A stretch of DNA of 63,533 nucleotides, counting the filler, from Folioceros fuciformis (Eukaryota): NCBI GenBank assembly GCA_049999805.1. It is 11 parts of 11 records of this genome, joined end to end, with 100 filler letters (N's around TTAATTAATTAA, not from the genome) between each part and the next. Parts side by side here need not be neighbours in the genome. Positions count along the whole stretch, not along the records: positions 10,772 to 17,759 come from JBNGIO010005122.1; positions 17,860 to 35,672 come from JBNGIO010005123.1; 9 more parts are not named here. One strand, 5' to 3'. Position 1 is the stretch's first letter. Every line of letters begins with the position of its first letter. The notes below the pieces were generated by a model. It saw only the letters and a list, made by a program, of their open reading frames with translations, made no database searches and was not told where the DNA came from. Position numbers and translations under genes: made by a program. Below are positions 12,061 through 25,649 of this stretch, one piece after another.

Positions 12061-14771
12061 TCAGTGAACCCTGCCGTTGGCAGCAACAGCTTCCGTGTCC
12101 ACGGGCTCTCGGGCGTAGGTTCGTCGGTACTTAGCATCTACCTGCGTCAGGTAGAATGTCCCTGGTCGCAGCCGTTGACGTCCACTGACTGGAACGTAGT
12201 CTTTGGCACCATATCTTGTCTCCATCAGCTGCATAGTCTTCACGAACTCGGAAGGCGTAACCTGAGCATACACGGCAGAGACGAGGCGGACAGTAAGGGT
12301 GGAGCGAGGAGGGAGACGACACTGTCATTGTTCTGGCCACGAGCTTAAATCTGAGAACATCAGGAGTCTATCCATCGCCGGCGCAAAATAATGACGGGGT
12401 GTGGACACGACACCTACCTGAATCCGAGATTTCAGCTTCTCAACAATGTCCAAGACACTTGCAATGTGCGCCACACTGAAGGGCTTCTGACCCTCATGCA
12501 CCCGGAGGGAGAAGAGTGTCGCAGCTAAACCGCTGCCGTACGAAAAAAGCAGCACTCGCTTTCCATCCTGCAATATCATTTTTGCCAATCACATGTTTCA
12601 CTTCCAAAAGTGCTACAGGAGGCAGGTCATATTTCGGCTTCTCTGCTATGAGCTTGTTTTCATCGTATCCTGTAAGCACTGATCAAAACAGACTAATGGA
12701 GAAGAAACTTACCAGCAACTCAGACTGTTTGTGCAACAGAGACGCAAACCCCGCGTACAGGGAAGCGCAATACATGTTCCCTATTTCCTTTGGCAAAATT
12801 GTGCTTGGTACCACCTTCACGTTATATCCAGACTTTGCCACTCCCCACGCTTCCTGCTCTCAGGATTGTACCACCACAAACAACCACACTACTATTAAGC
12901 TAAGAATAATCAGTGATTTTCGGGGAAAAGGGAAAAAAACAAAGGGAAACCACCACACCTTCTCAAGGTCCCGGTTAGCGAAGCTCTCCTCATGCGTAAG
13001 ACCGGAAAATGGCTTCAGTTTTTCTGCGACATCTTCAGTCACATGGCTGCAGAGAGCCACAACCAATACAAGGACCACAGTTTGAGTGAAAAGTAGACTG
13101 ACCGAATTAGAGTTAGGAGTATAAAACAGTGGACAATACAACAAGTTGACTTTCCCACCTGACATTTCTAAGGAAGTCATTGTAGACAAGGCGGGCATAG
13201 CTCTTTTGTACAAGCTGGAAACTCGAACAAGCAAAATGTCATGACCTGCTACTTTCAACTGTAAAGGGCTTACAGGCCTGCACAGCTGGTACCTTGTTGT
13301 AAGGAGAGTGAAAGACAACGTAATCCGCATCTCCCAAGGAAAACTGTTTGCCTTCGTGCTTTTCAAATCTGCGCGGGCGCGGCCAAGGGTTAAGTCTGCA
13401 GTTGGTTAACCATACATTAGCAGATTAAGTAAGATTTACATGCACACCACGCTCATGTGACATACCTGGCTGCATACCGCTGGTAGCATAGGTCCAGTGC
13501 CTTCAGATAGCAAACTTGGGACAGCTTCCCATCGACGACCTGAGAAACGCATGGCCCAAGATGAAGTGTGAAACTGGAGAATGAGCTGAGAATCAACCAC
13601 AACTTCGCTGGGTCTGGCATAAGCAAGATATGAAGCTCCACTGACTCACGTCGTAACAAGAGGACGTCTTCAACAAAACATACCAATTAAAATCTAAGAG
13701 AGTTTGACACTGACTGGATATTCGCTGTGCGGGTCTGGCTTGTAGAAGTCAAAGACATGGGCCATGTGTGTTCCAGTGTATTTGCGCTCAAATACTAAGG
13801 GTGCATTTGGTCCAATCAACAGGGCGACAGCACCGGCACCCCCTGTGGGCCGAGCAGCTCCTTCTGCATAGACCTGGAGGGGTAGCAGGCACAAACGCTG
13901 TCAAACCCCAACGCAAGGACCCTAGCCGCCGACCAACATAGTCACAAGCTGAAGACAGAAAGAAGCGAACAAACTGGCAATCAAGGCTAGAAAACGTAAG
14001 CAGTTCGGGGCTGGCAAAAACAGAGAAACTCACAGCGACATCTGCAGCAACCACAAGTGCCAGACGTCCGTCCCATGCACTACTTTCCACCCAGTTGAGA
14101 GAATTCTGGAGAGCAGCAGTCCCTCCATAGCACGCGTTGGTCGAGTCTATTCCTTCAATGTCTCCATTGCCACTGTCCTGCATGCAACCAAGCATGGGCG
14201 AATCCCTCGACCACACCGGCCTACAACTTACAGACACGTAAAACCTTAACAGCAATGCACCTCAAACAGTTGCATGAGGCAAGTCTTGATCGACTTGCTT
14301 TTGTCAATAACGGTTTCACTGCCAACTTCCAGCCTACCAATGCGATCCGGAGCAACGTTGTACTTCTCAAGTAGAGACTGCACCACGGTGAGGCTGTATA
14401 TGAAGCCAGTGCGGAGTCAGCGACACACAGAAACGAGCCGTAACTTTCCGGAAAACCTCCAAATCAAGCACACAAACTCCCTAACTACCTCATGGAAACC
14501 ACGTCCTCCAAATCGGAGCAAAAGCCGAGGTTCGTCTGGCCAAGCCCGATAGTGTACTTCCCCTGGCCCACTCCATCGTGACTCTCCAGCTCCGCCTGCA
14601 TTCCACAGAGATCTCCACATTTTCAAGACCATGCAGCCCGCACTGACCGCAACTGCGGTCTCGCTCTGCTCCGGGAGCTGGCCACTGTCACGAACATACC
14701 TGACTGACGTAGGCAGAGGGAAAATAGACATCCACTGCCAGAATTCCTACATTCTCAGGACGCGACCCCAT
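12061..14771 (-). CDS. HMGS: Hydroxymethylglutaryl-CoA synthase, multi-exon host gene
   Basis: ATG 14771 gives [24 protein letters not shown] then a GT donor. Later exons encode [16 protein letters not shown] (catalytic Cys), [63 protein letters not shown] and [16 protein letters not shown], ending at TGA 12061. Introns are short GT-AG. Confidence 0.97.
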
Positions 14772-15836
14772 GGTAGCGCAACTGGATTCGAAGTGGTCGC
14801 GCAGCGGAATTGTTGATGTACACGTCGGGGTAGTCCTCGGATTGAAGCCAACGAAGGCCGTCTAATACGGCAGGGCGGGGCGGTCGGGGGAATACGAATG
14901 GAAACGGTCGCAGCCTGGGTGAATGAAGTATACCGGCGGTTTCCTAATTCAGTCCCAATGCGGAATTGCGCCTCGTGTATGGTGTTCATCGCAACCCTAA
15001 CCTCTCTCGCTGTGGAGTGCGGTCAGGCAGTATCGTACACCAGAGTACGCGTGACCCTCCAGTTAGATGATTTTTTTGCCTGGAAAGTTCGATTTCCTTG
15101 ACCTGAGTCTCAAACAAGTTGCCGGCTTCCAGCCTAAATGTTCGGGCGACTGTGTGATGTTCCCGTCGTCGATGTCGGTACCTTGATGCTCACAGTCGGA
15201 GGGTTCGTAAAACTCCCTGCAGATCGGCCTGAGTTTTCTTTCCACTGCATAGGCAACACGGTCTGACACCATTCTGTCTTCCATGCTGGAACAGTTGGAA
15301 TCGCACACCGCAGCCTGACCTATGCACTGTACTGTATGTGGTGTACATCTAGTTATTCACACTGTTCGGGAGGAAGGAAAACCTGGACCACGTCTGGCGT
15401 GTTCGAAGTGCAAGATTGGCAAACCCAAGTGACGGGGGAAACTAAAATAGAGCTGTGCCAATTTTCAAGCATATCACAGCGGCGGCCGGGACAGTAGGGC
15501 GCGGCGCAGAACAGCGGGTGCCGTCCTGTACGCGCCAGGGTTCTCTGGTATGTGAATCTCAGCGAACCGGCAACACGTCAACCTGGTCCGGGCAACATGT
15601 CAAACTGGTTCTGAAGGGGAATTGGGGCGACCAGAGAGTTGATGAGGTTGACGGGCGGTTCTTGAATGTGGTTCGAGGACAGGCTTCCGTGTCGCATGGA
15701 TGTTGTTTAACGCATACTTACAGCATCCCGTGACTTGGAGTGCGGGTGTCATGGTGTATCAGAAGGTTTGACCCTACCTTTCTGAGAGGACTTGAGGGGG
15801 AGGAGTTGGGAATCTCTTACTGTGGCCGCGAACGAG

Positions 15837-17478
15837 ATGGCCGATTTCGAGGCCCAAGCAGATGAATATCAACGACAAGCGCAAAGTTTGAGCATTTTTG
15901 GTTTCGGTCTGCTAGGGAAAAGGGAGGACGCAGTGCAGTTGTACGAGAATGCTGCCAACGCTTACAAACTTGCAAAGTCATGTAAGCTGGTTGTACCTGC
16001 TTTCAGCAGATGTTGCAGCGACTTTGGAGCTTGGCTTGCTGATTTCTGTCTGGCGATTGCCTGACCTGCTAATCCGTAGGGGATAAGGCGGGAAGCACCT
16101 ATGTGAAGCTGGCTGACACTCAGCTCAAGGTTTTCAGCTCTGTAGCATGCTAGCTGCTTGGGTTTCTGTTTGGCATATCTACGCATTTTGCGAGATTGTG
16201 AGGCCCTTGGCACGAGTGGAAGGACTTAGCGTACTGTTACACTGTTCCGTTCATGCAGCGGGGCAACAAGTATGCAGCAGCTAGTGCGTATGCATCTGCT
16301 GGAAACTGCTATAAGAAAACTCAAATGAGAGGTAAGCTGATCTCAGAAATTTGTCAAGTGAGAAATTCGTGTTTGAAGTTTTGAGGGAAGATTATTGTTT
16401 CTGATTTCTGTGACTGGCTGAGCAGAAGCTATCAAGCACATGAAGTACGCTGTCGATCTGTTCATTGAACTCGGCCGTCTGACCATGGCTGCTAGGTTTT
16501 TGAAGGTAGTACGTGTGTTGCCCTTTTGCTTCTTGGCTTGAAGCGTGTGACGTCCCTTCTCATGAGTTTTCGCAGGATGTAGGAGAGGCTGAGGAGAGTT
16601 CCGGGAACATAGAAGACGCAGCGAAGAATTTCGAACAAGCCGCTGACCTGTACGATGCGGAGGAACAGAGCAGCATAGCCAACACATGCAGACTGAAGGT
16701 GGCACATATTGCAGCTGAGCTTAAAGAGTAGGTGTTGGATGTAACGTAGCTCCAACATGTGACAAACAACATTTGAGCACAAGTTGTTAACAAACCAGCT
16801 TGACACAATCATGTGCAGGTACCAGAAAGCCATTCAGATATTTGAAGGTGTTGCAGAACGATCGTTGGTAAACAACCTGCTGAGATTTGGTGTGAAAGGC
16901 CATCTCATGAACGCTGGCATATGCCAAATCTGCAAAATGGAGGCTGTGGCTGTGTTGAACGCCATCCAAAAGTATCAGGTCTGTGACAAGCAGTCTGGTT
17001 TTTGCGCCGGTGCATACAGATAGTCAACTAGTGGCATCCTTGATGGGGATTTGCTGCAAGCTTGTGTAGGATTTGGATCCGACTTTCGAATCAACCCGGG
17101 AGTGCAAGTTTTTAACGGTATGTGCTGGAATCCCATCGGGCAGGTGAGCTGAAATGACTGCAGGTGGTACGTCTGATTCTGACCCTGCCCTTTGCTACAG
17201 GCCGTGGCAACAGCAGTAGATGAGTCGGACGTGGCAAAGTTCACAGATGCAGTGATAGAGTACGATAGCTTATCCCGGTTGGTAAGTGAACCTTCGGCGA
17301 CCGTCGCTTGACTTGTGCCGTCAGCCGTTGGTGGTTTATCTGTCCTAGTCACACCCACAAGCCTAGACTGACCCAGCTCGCCCACTTTGCGCAGGATGAA
17401 TGGAGAACGACACTGTTGCTACGTGCAAAGCAGGCACTGAAGGCGCGGGACGAGGCCGAGGAAGACGAACTCACCTGA
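15837..17478 (+). CDS. ASNAP: Alpha-soluble NSF attachment protein (alpha-SNAP), multi-exon host gene
   Basis: [48 protein letters not shown]. Further exons give [47 protein letters not shown]...[29 protein letters not shown] and [15 protein letters not shown], with C-terminus EEDELT*. Confidence 0.95.
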
Positions 17479-17759
17479 TCCTCATGCGTCTGCAGGTGTC
17501 TGAGTTGTATGTAGTCAAAGGGGATTTATGTTCCTTCCATAAAATACCTTGTTGACCTGCTCACGCCATGGTCCTGTGCCATTTGCTCCAATCCCTGATG
17601 CCTGTCTGTTGCTTTGGTCGTGTCCTAGGGGCCATCCCCGCCCCTCCCTGATCCTTGTCAATCCTGTTACCCATCAGCACAGGACTATCTTGGACTGTTG
17701 TGCGCGGGGCACTTGGTGAAGCTCCATTACTATGTACATACATTCTGTGTGGCCTGCAC

Positions 17760-17859
17760 NNNNNNNNNNNNNNNNNNNNNNNNNNNNNNNNNNNNNNNNN
17801 NNNTTAATTAATTAANNNNNNNNNNNNNNNNNNNNNNNNNNNNNNNNNNNNNNNNNNNN
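17760..17859. other. Artificial contig spacer
   Basis: N44-TTAATTAATTAA-N44. Confidence 0.99.
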
Positions 17860-19462
17860 GGGCCACGCGAAGGGCGGGGTTTCACGCACTGCATTATTTT
17901 TATGGGCAACGCTCTAACCCTAACCCTAACCCTAGCTAAGTGTGCCCGCCGGCTCTTGAGGCTCCAGCGTGATTCCTCAAATTCCACTACCCGACATGCT
18001 TGGAGAGCCGGGATGCCGAATAGAGCTGCCTTCGGAACCAGCGCTCGGAGACGCATTTCTTGCTAGTCCACCACCTCGTCTTCCAGACAGGCCTTTTTTC
18101 AGGCTGGCCTCAGAGTGACCGATGTCGGGGTTCCCCGCTTCCTTTACTGAAACCATGGAGGAGCCTGCTCTTGGAAGCTCTGTCGTGGTCGTCCTCACGG
18201 TCTACAGGATTTGTCAGAATACGGTTGCCCACGCCTTGACATTCGATTCCATTCCGAAGGAGCTGTCACTGGAGGCATTCCACTACCAATTGCAGCCACG
18301 GTATCTGTACTAGGGCTTGTGTTGACGGGGGCTCGGCGTCCTGTCCAGTCCAGTACGGTGTGGCTTCCAGCTTTGCAAGCGTGGGATGGTGCCAGTGATT
18401 CCTCATCTTGAGGAAGTGCTATTTCTCAAGGGCTGGCGGAAGGAGCTCATGACTGAAGAGAGAAAAGGCTCATCCCATTTCTACTCACTCGGGCCTTCGT
18501 AAATTTTACATTAATTTAAACTGGATAATATTTATTTTATGCAATACTATATAGTATTTTAATATTAATCATTTAATTTAGTGTATATTAAATATTCCAC
18601 AATATAGTTTAACTTTTAGAATAAGATATATTTTAAATCTAAAATAAGCATAATATTTATTTATAGTATATAAATACGGTGACTCTATGTAAATGTTGTA
18701 AATGTTATCTTCCTAAATGTTATATTTTTATAAATATTAGAGGTTTTGGTATTCCTAGTTGGAGAGTAAGGTTAAATGTTATTTTTCTATAAATGTTATA
18801 TATTACTTATTTTATGAAAATAGATACTCTCAATCACTATAGTCTAATTCAATAAATCATATTTTTAATTATATATATATAATTATATCTGCTGAAAATA
18901 ACATGGTGTCTACAATTAGGAATTGAGAAAAAAGTTTTAAAGCAAGTTAGGTCCTCTTTGAAACCGAAAAAAAAAGTAGAAATAACCCATTGTTTTTAAG
19001 TCATTTCGAAGTTCATTTCTTATTTTATTTATTATAAATTTATAATATTATTAATTATACAATATAATATTTATTATTTAATAAATAAATAAACAATAAA
19101 CAATACTGTATAATGTATAATATATTTGAAATATTATTAATAAATTTAAATATTTTATTTTAATAAATACTTAAATTCTCTAATTATTACACCTCCTATA
19201 TGTTACCTAATGCCCCATTCCCAACAGGTAACATTTAGGGAGGGTGGATTGTATTATCATTGGGATAATATTATAAATTTATTTTAAATAGATTTTGAGC
19301 TGTAATATAAATGAAAACTATGGATACCTTCTTCATGTCCAAAAATTCCTTCCTACATTATGACCAACAACGTTTTATTTCTATTATTAATTTTAATTTC
19401 AAGGACTATATCTTATAGCTTGAGAAAGAGAGATAAAATGATAGGAACACTAACCCCCTTTT

Positions 19463-19724
19463 TTAAGTCTCGTGATTACCAATAGCACCTAAAACATCAT
19501 GGTCTAAGAGGAGAAAGTAGGCTCACTCTCTTAAGTCTCGTGATTACCATTAGCACCTAAAACATTATGGTCTAAGAGGAGAAAGTAGGCTCACTCCCTT
19601 AAGTCTCGTGATTACCATTAGCACCTAAAACATTATGGTCTAAGAGGAGAAAGTAGGCTCACTCCTTTTAAGTCTCGTGATCACTAATAGTACCTAAAAC
19701 GTTATGGTCTAAGAGGAGAAAGTA
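19463..19724. repeat. 68-bp tandem repeat, about 3.8 copies
   Basis: Unit TTAAGTCTCGTGATTACCATTAGCACCTAAAACATTATGGTCTAAGAGGAGAAAGTAGGCTCACTCCC, starting at 19463, 19531, 19599 and 19668. Confidence 0.92.
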
Positions 19725-20198
19725 CCACTAGAGTTGCTAATGCAACCTGTCTTGCCAACATTTTTTGTCTTGTATATGGCATTAGCCAACACTCGCAATA
19801 GAGCAACAAAAATCATCTACCTCGAAATCCACTACTTAGAAAACCCTACAATATATGAAAGAGGAAGACTAAGCCCATTTGAGAAAGAAAGTTGCTAAAG
19901 AATCTTTTTATGGGTTTCTCAAATTCACATCTATGTGATTCATATGACTCTTTTCGCAAGAAGTTAAGAGCCTCCTGATCATGCAAAACAACAACAAACA
20001 AATTGTCCACCATATCAAAAATAGCTTCCTATTGCTTCTATGTTGAAGTAAGGCAAATTTGGGAAGGCTTGTGAACAGTGAGGAGCAACATTTCCTCTTC
20101 ACTCCTTTGTTGAGATGACTAGAGCTATTGGAAGGCTTAGAAGTTGTGAGCAGCATTTCTTGCAACCTCTATTCCTTGAGATTGATGAAAGCTATGTT

Positions 20199-20310
20199 AA
20201 GTTCACCATCTTGCATTGAAGTTCCTTAGCCTACCAAGGTCACCATCTTGCACCAAAGTTCCTTAGCCCACCAAGTTCACCATCTTGCATTGAAGTTCCT
20301 TAGCCTACCA
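20199..20310. repeat. 37-bp tandem repeat, 3 copies
   Basis: Unit AAGTTCACCATCTTGCATTGAAGTTCCTTAGCCTACC at 20199, 20236 and 20273. Confidence 0.9.
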
Positions 20311-22397
20311 GGCCGACCACAAGAGTGTTAGTGTTCTTGTTTTTCTGAAAGCCCTTTTCAACTTGTAGTTGGACAATGGCATCCACCACAAATTACTGGG
20401 CAAGTCTTCCCCTTTCTTACATAGTTGCTTTCTTGTGGTGGAAGATAGCCATGGCTTTGCACTCCTCAGCATAAGGTGTTGGTATTGGGACTTACATATT
20501 TAGTAAACGTGCTTTACCTTATGTTATTGTAGCAGTTGTGGTAGTTCGCATTTGCAATTGTAGCAGTTACCATTTCCAAACTATTTAAAAACCATCTGTA
20601 ACCTCTCTTTATATGTGTCTCTACATTCCTTGTTCACCAGCCACGGCTTGTGATCTGTTCTTAGCACTGTGCAGAAGTTCATGATTTCTTTTTGATGTTG
20701 ATCAGAGGAATGTGTTGTGGGCCAGCGTGCGGCATCATTTTTCAGGCAACATGACGAAGAAAAGAGGCCTTGCAATAGCCGCAAGATGCAACGTCAAGCC
20801 AATCTCACATGGCTGTCCTCGCTGCCCTATCTTGTTCTCAGATAGTTAGGAAGAGGAACGATTGGACCATTTCGTACCACAATCTCTGAAGATTGAGAAG
20901 GTTATCACCCTGCTCAACGACAACTGCCTCCCACGAGTGATTGTTGAAGGCTCAAAAGGCTGAGAGTTTTGACGTGATCAAACCCCAAGACGATGAGATT
21001 TGCAAGCCTTCGTCTCCAACTTTATTCACTCCAGCAATGTGTGAAGGTCCGGGTTGTTGAAGTAATAATTGGTTTAACGTGCTTCATTTACACATACATT
21101 TATACTTAGGTATAACCCTGACTAGGGTTATCCATGCACTCGACTATTTAAACATTATGTCTCTCAGATATTATTTGAATTGCTATTATGAGCAAAAGTG
21201 TCTAGTCTATTCTTAGATATTTACATGGTATCAGAGCTCTGGCGATTGCTATGAGATCTTCCGCTGTAATATTCTAATTTTTCTTTATGCAAATGTAGAA
21301 TCTAAGTAAAGAAGAATGGGTTGTCAGCCCATTTCTCTTTTACGTCACAAGAAAAGTAGGCTGGTTGACAAGCCGCTTTCACGCGGCTTGCACCAAGCAT
21401 GTTAGAACTTGCTGTTCTTATTTCCTAAATGATTTTGAGTAGTATCACTTTTCCGATCATCCTAAAATGCCTCGGAAGTCTAGAAATCAGTATTATGTAC
21501 CGTATGTTGGGGAATCAATTCCCTGTCTAGATGGGGCTAGACCCCGGATGTCAAGATCTGTCATAGAGCTGGACTGCAAGGTTAAGGGTGAAGGTGGCCT
21601 TCCTTCAGAGCCTGCACTTGCAGTTGTCACAAAAGACACCGACAGTTTGCTTGCAAGGAAAAAGGTGTTATATCTATTGAAGATTTTGACAGGCGATTGG
21701 ACGCAAGAGTGAAGATCACAGCAGCACGTTTGGTGAAGACTTCAACTCATTTAAGTGCTGGACTATACCTCATTAATGAAGCTCTTGAGGGACGCTTCAA
21801 CAGCTTTCAGCAGTGATCTCTTCTCGTACGAGAGCTACTGAAGATGCATCTTCACCCTCTGCTCGTCCACCAACTACTGCTCTCTACATGCCAATGCTGA
21901 TTCCAACTGATATCTCTCCAGAACAAGAGGATGTTGGATTAGTATCCCATTGACTCATCAACTCGAAGATCTTCACAGCTTGTTCTTTCTGCGCCAGACA
22001 TTAGAGGCAGATTCCAAGCGACGTGAGTGTTAGTGACGGTTAGTCTTATGCTCTGGAGGCAATCAGGTTTTCCCCTTCACCTTCAGCTGAAAAGGTATAG
22101 GTAGTTATTAGTTAGTTGTCATGGGATTTAAAATTAGGATTCAGAATACCTTCGAATTCAATTATGAACTTCTATTTTAACGTACATGTTCAAGTCTGGG
22201 ATGTCCTCCTCGCAGCTCTTGTTGTCATTGCTATGCTGAGATCCCCAGTAGATAGCGATAGTGACTCTGATGTAGACGTGCTCTCTTGGCTCTATTCAGC
22301 CTCCCCGTCTATATCAAGTCTTGGTGTAGGGGACACAATGGTAGGTACTCATCCCCTCCCAACTCCACCTCTATCTTATCCCCCTGTTAATGTTCAA

Positions 22398-25325
22398 ATG
22401 GGAAACACATATTCAGGAGAGTTTAAGGAAAAGGACTGGTTTGATAGTAAACCTTTTCGATTTGAGAGCTGGAGAGCTTGTATGAGCAATGGCAGGTCAG
22501 GCCATCGTCAGCGAGGTGACAAAGTCATCTCTGCCAAAGCTAAAGGTCCTTGGAACGGGAAAGATAGAGGAGCAAAGAAGCAGCAGTCTAACGACTCAAG
22601 CTCGACTCCAACTTCCTCTACTAAACGAAAAGGTACCTGTCACTAGGGCCAGATTCCAGGGCACTGGGAACGAGACTGCCACAAGAAGAAGGCTGGTGAG
22701 CCTAAGAAGGAGGCCAAGCAGGAGGTTCACGCTATCTCAAAGGAGAAGAAGACCTCAGCTGGCTCCAATAGTACCTCACAACAGCGTAGCGGTAGTGGTA
22801 CGGCTTTGACAGTTTGCCTCACACTATCCAAAGGCAGTTCTTCATAGTGGTTTGTGGACTCGGGAGCCACGTCGCACATCTGCAATAATCGTGGCCTCTT
22901 CCTGAAATTCCACAAACAAACGTCACCACAATTAGTGTTTGTAGGTGATTCTAGAGGAGTGAAGGTCAGAGGTTCTGGTACAGTAGAATTGCTTTTATTA
23001 GATGGGTCTTGTCTACTGTTAGAGGATGTCATGTTTATCCCCGACATGAGTAAAAACCTGTTGTTAATTCGAGCTATCTCTCAAAGTCAGAAATATGGTT
23101 TTAGGTTTGAGAATAATACCTGCTTAGTTTACCCTCTTTCTGACCTTGATAGTCATGTTGCTAAGGCAATGTTAGCTGAGGAACTCCACCAGCTTGTTCC
23201 AACACACAAGTCTAAGGCTAGAGTTTTACTTACTGCTTCTAGTGAACAGGCTAGTATTTGGCATGCTAAATTAGGTCACGTCAATCGTGCTAAGTTGGAC
23301 CTTATGGCTAATTCTTCATGTTATCGAGAACGCTTACCTTCTTGCTTCAAACATCTTGCATCCTGCAGCTCTTGTATCTTGTCAAAACAGAAAGAGTTGC
23401 CCTTTAAAAACAGAAGTGCCAATCGTGCTAAGCAAGTGCTAGAGGTAATTCATGCAGATACAGCGGGAAAGCTACCTGTCAAATCTGTAGGTGGAGCAGA
23501 GTACTACCTGTCCCTTACAGATGACTACTCCAGGTATACATGGACTTTTCCAATCAGGCAGAAGAGCGTTGTGTTTGACACCATCTCGGATCACCATGGT
23601 TCAACGACAGACTAGTCAACTAGTTAAATGCTTTCGAACCAACAATGGTGGTGAATTTACTATCTAGCAGTTTGATGTCCTGTTTGATTCACTTGGCATA
23701 GTGAGACAGCTTTCTGTTCCCTACACACAGCAGCAAAATGGTGTGGCAGAGCGTAAGAATCAAACTTTGATGGAAATGGTTAAGAGTATGTTGTCGTGGG
23801 TAGCTCTCTCTAAGAAGTTATGGGCAGAAGCCATAGTGTGTGCCACTTATATATTAAATCGAGTTGTTACGTCTGCTCTCCCCGGCAAGACACCCTATGA
23901 AGCATTATGGGGTCGTAAGCCTAGTCTTCTTCATTTGAAGGTGTTTGGGTCTCCTGCTTTTGCCTTTATTCCTGAACCTAAAAGAAAGAAGTTAGATGCC
24001 ATATCTAAGCCTTTCATCTTTTTAGGCTATTCTTAGGAGTCAAAAGCATATAAGCTCTATGTTCCTATCACGTCTTGAATTACTCTGTCTTGGAGTGCCA
24101 CTTTTCTAGAGCTTACCTCTCCTCAATCTGATTTGTATGTAGGCCAGTTGTATGCTACAGATCCCATGTTTTCAAATGATCCTTCTCCTGGTTTGGACTT
24201 AGATGACTTTGAGCAAGCTGTCACACATCCCGTTTTCGATGGTGAGATTACTGCTCTGACTGCTCAGCTAGATGCTGATCCTCTTCTACAAGAACCCTTA
24301 CACAATCCAGTACCACTAGCAGCTGGTCCAGATGATGATATACAGTCCCAACATTCTTCGGATTCGAGTTTTGCTCCTCCTTCTCACCATGCTGAGGTTG
24401 ATGGTTTCGAGGATGATGTTGCTGCAGAGGGAGCAAAGGGGAATGACCTCAAAGCTGCTCCCCCTCCACCAGATCTTCCTCATTATTCCTTCAGAGACAG
24501 GCGGTCAAGAGACAACTGGATTGAGCCTCCTTACCAATCTATGGATTTTCGAAGACATGCAGCAAATGTAACTGACCTTCATGTTCCTAATGTAAGGCCA
24601 GATCCTCACACTTACACATAAGCCATTAGTGGCCTTGATGATAAGCACTGGCGGATCTCTATTGATGAAGAGTACAAATCTCTTATCAAGAATCATACTT
24701 GGGAGCTGGCTGACCTGCCTCTTGGAAGAAAGCCCATAACGTGTAAGTGGGTGTTCAAGACAAAATTGAAGGCAGATGGCACAATTGCGAGGTATAAGTC
24801 ACGCTTGGTTGCAAGAGGTTTTTCTCAGATACTTGGCATTCACTATGGGGACACGTTTTCCCCGGTAGTTAAGCCTCCCTCTGTGCGTATCTTGCTTGCC
24901 ATGGCTGCTGAATTCGACCTTGAGCTTCATCAAATGGATGTGTGTACAGCCTTCTTACACGGTGAGCTTGAAGAGGTCCTTTACATGCAGCAGCTTGAAG
25001 GGTTTGTAGACAAACGTTGGCCGCAGAAGGTGTGCAAGCTGTTGAAGACACTCTATGGCTTGAAGCAGGGTCCTCGTGCCTAGTACAAACGCATTATAAA
25101 GTTCTTAAGGAAAAATGGTTTTGTTCAATCACCTACAGACAACAATGTTTTTTACCTTGCTTCTGAGAGTTTGTTTGTGATCTTGGCGCTGTATGTGGAT
25201 GATGCCATCCTACTCAGTAATAGCCCTTCTAAGCTCGATGAAGTAAAAGCCCTTCTTTGTTCATAATTTGAGATGACTGATCAGGGCTCTTTGTAGTACT
25301 CCTTGAATATCTAAATTTTGCGCGA
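22398..25325 (+). pseudogene. pol: Element Y gag (internally deleted), protease, integrase and 5' RT
   Basis: FKEKDWF..FESWRA; protease [75 protein letters not shown]; multiple stop codons. Confidence 0.93.
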
Positions 25326-25649
25326 AAGAGGCGAATGCAAGTTTGTATCAATTATAATAAGCTCATGTCAAAATCGCAACGAATTGTATCATGAACTACT
25401 CAGACGAAAACCAGGTCATCCTCATTGGCCTTAGAATTAACTACGATGTCTAACTCTCTTATCCGTTGACCATCCGCATCGCCGAAGTCGTCGCCATCCA
25501 CCTCGAGCACAAAAAAGTTCGGGTCGTCCACTGTTTAGGGGGGTATAGTTCCATTTTCATCCCATACCATGATGGCGTACAGGTCTTATACTAGCCTACC
25601 ATCACTCTGGGAGAAGACCTCACCTTTCTTCTCCAATAGACTATAAACC

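Noticed and set aside
17915-17935. (TAACCC)3 telomere-like repeat
   Set aside because: Three units only; consistent with a telo-box or TE motif, not a chromosome end.
19463-19724. CRISPR-like 68-bp periodicity
   Set aside because: The whole unit is repeated, with no unique spacers.
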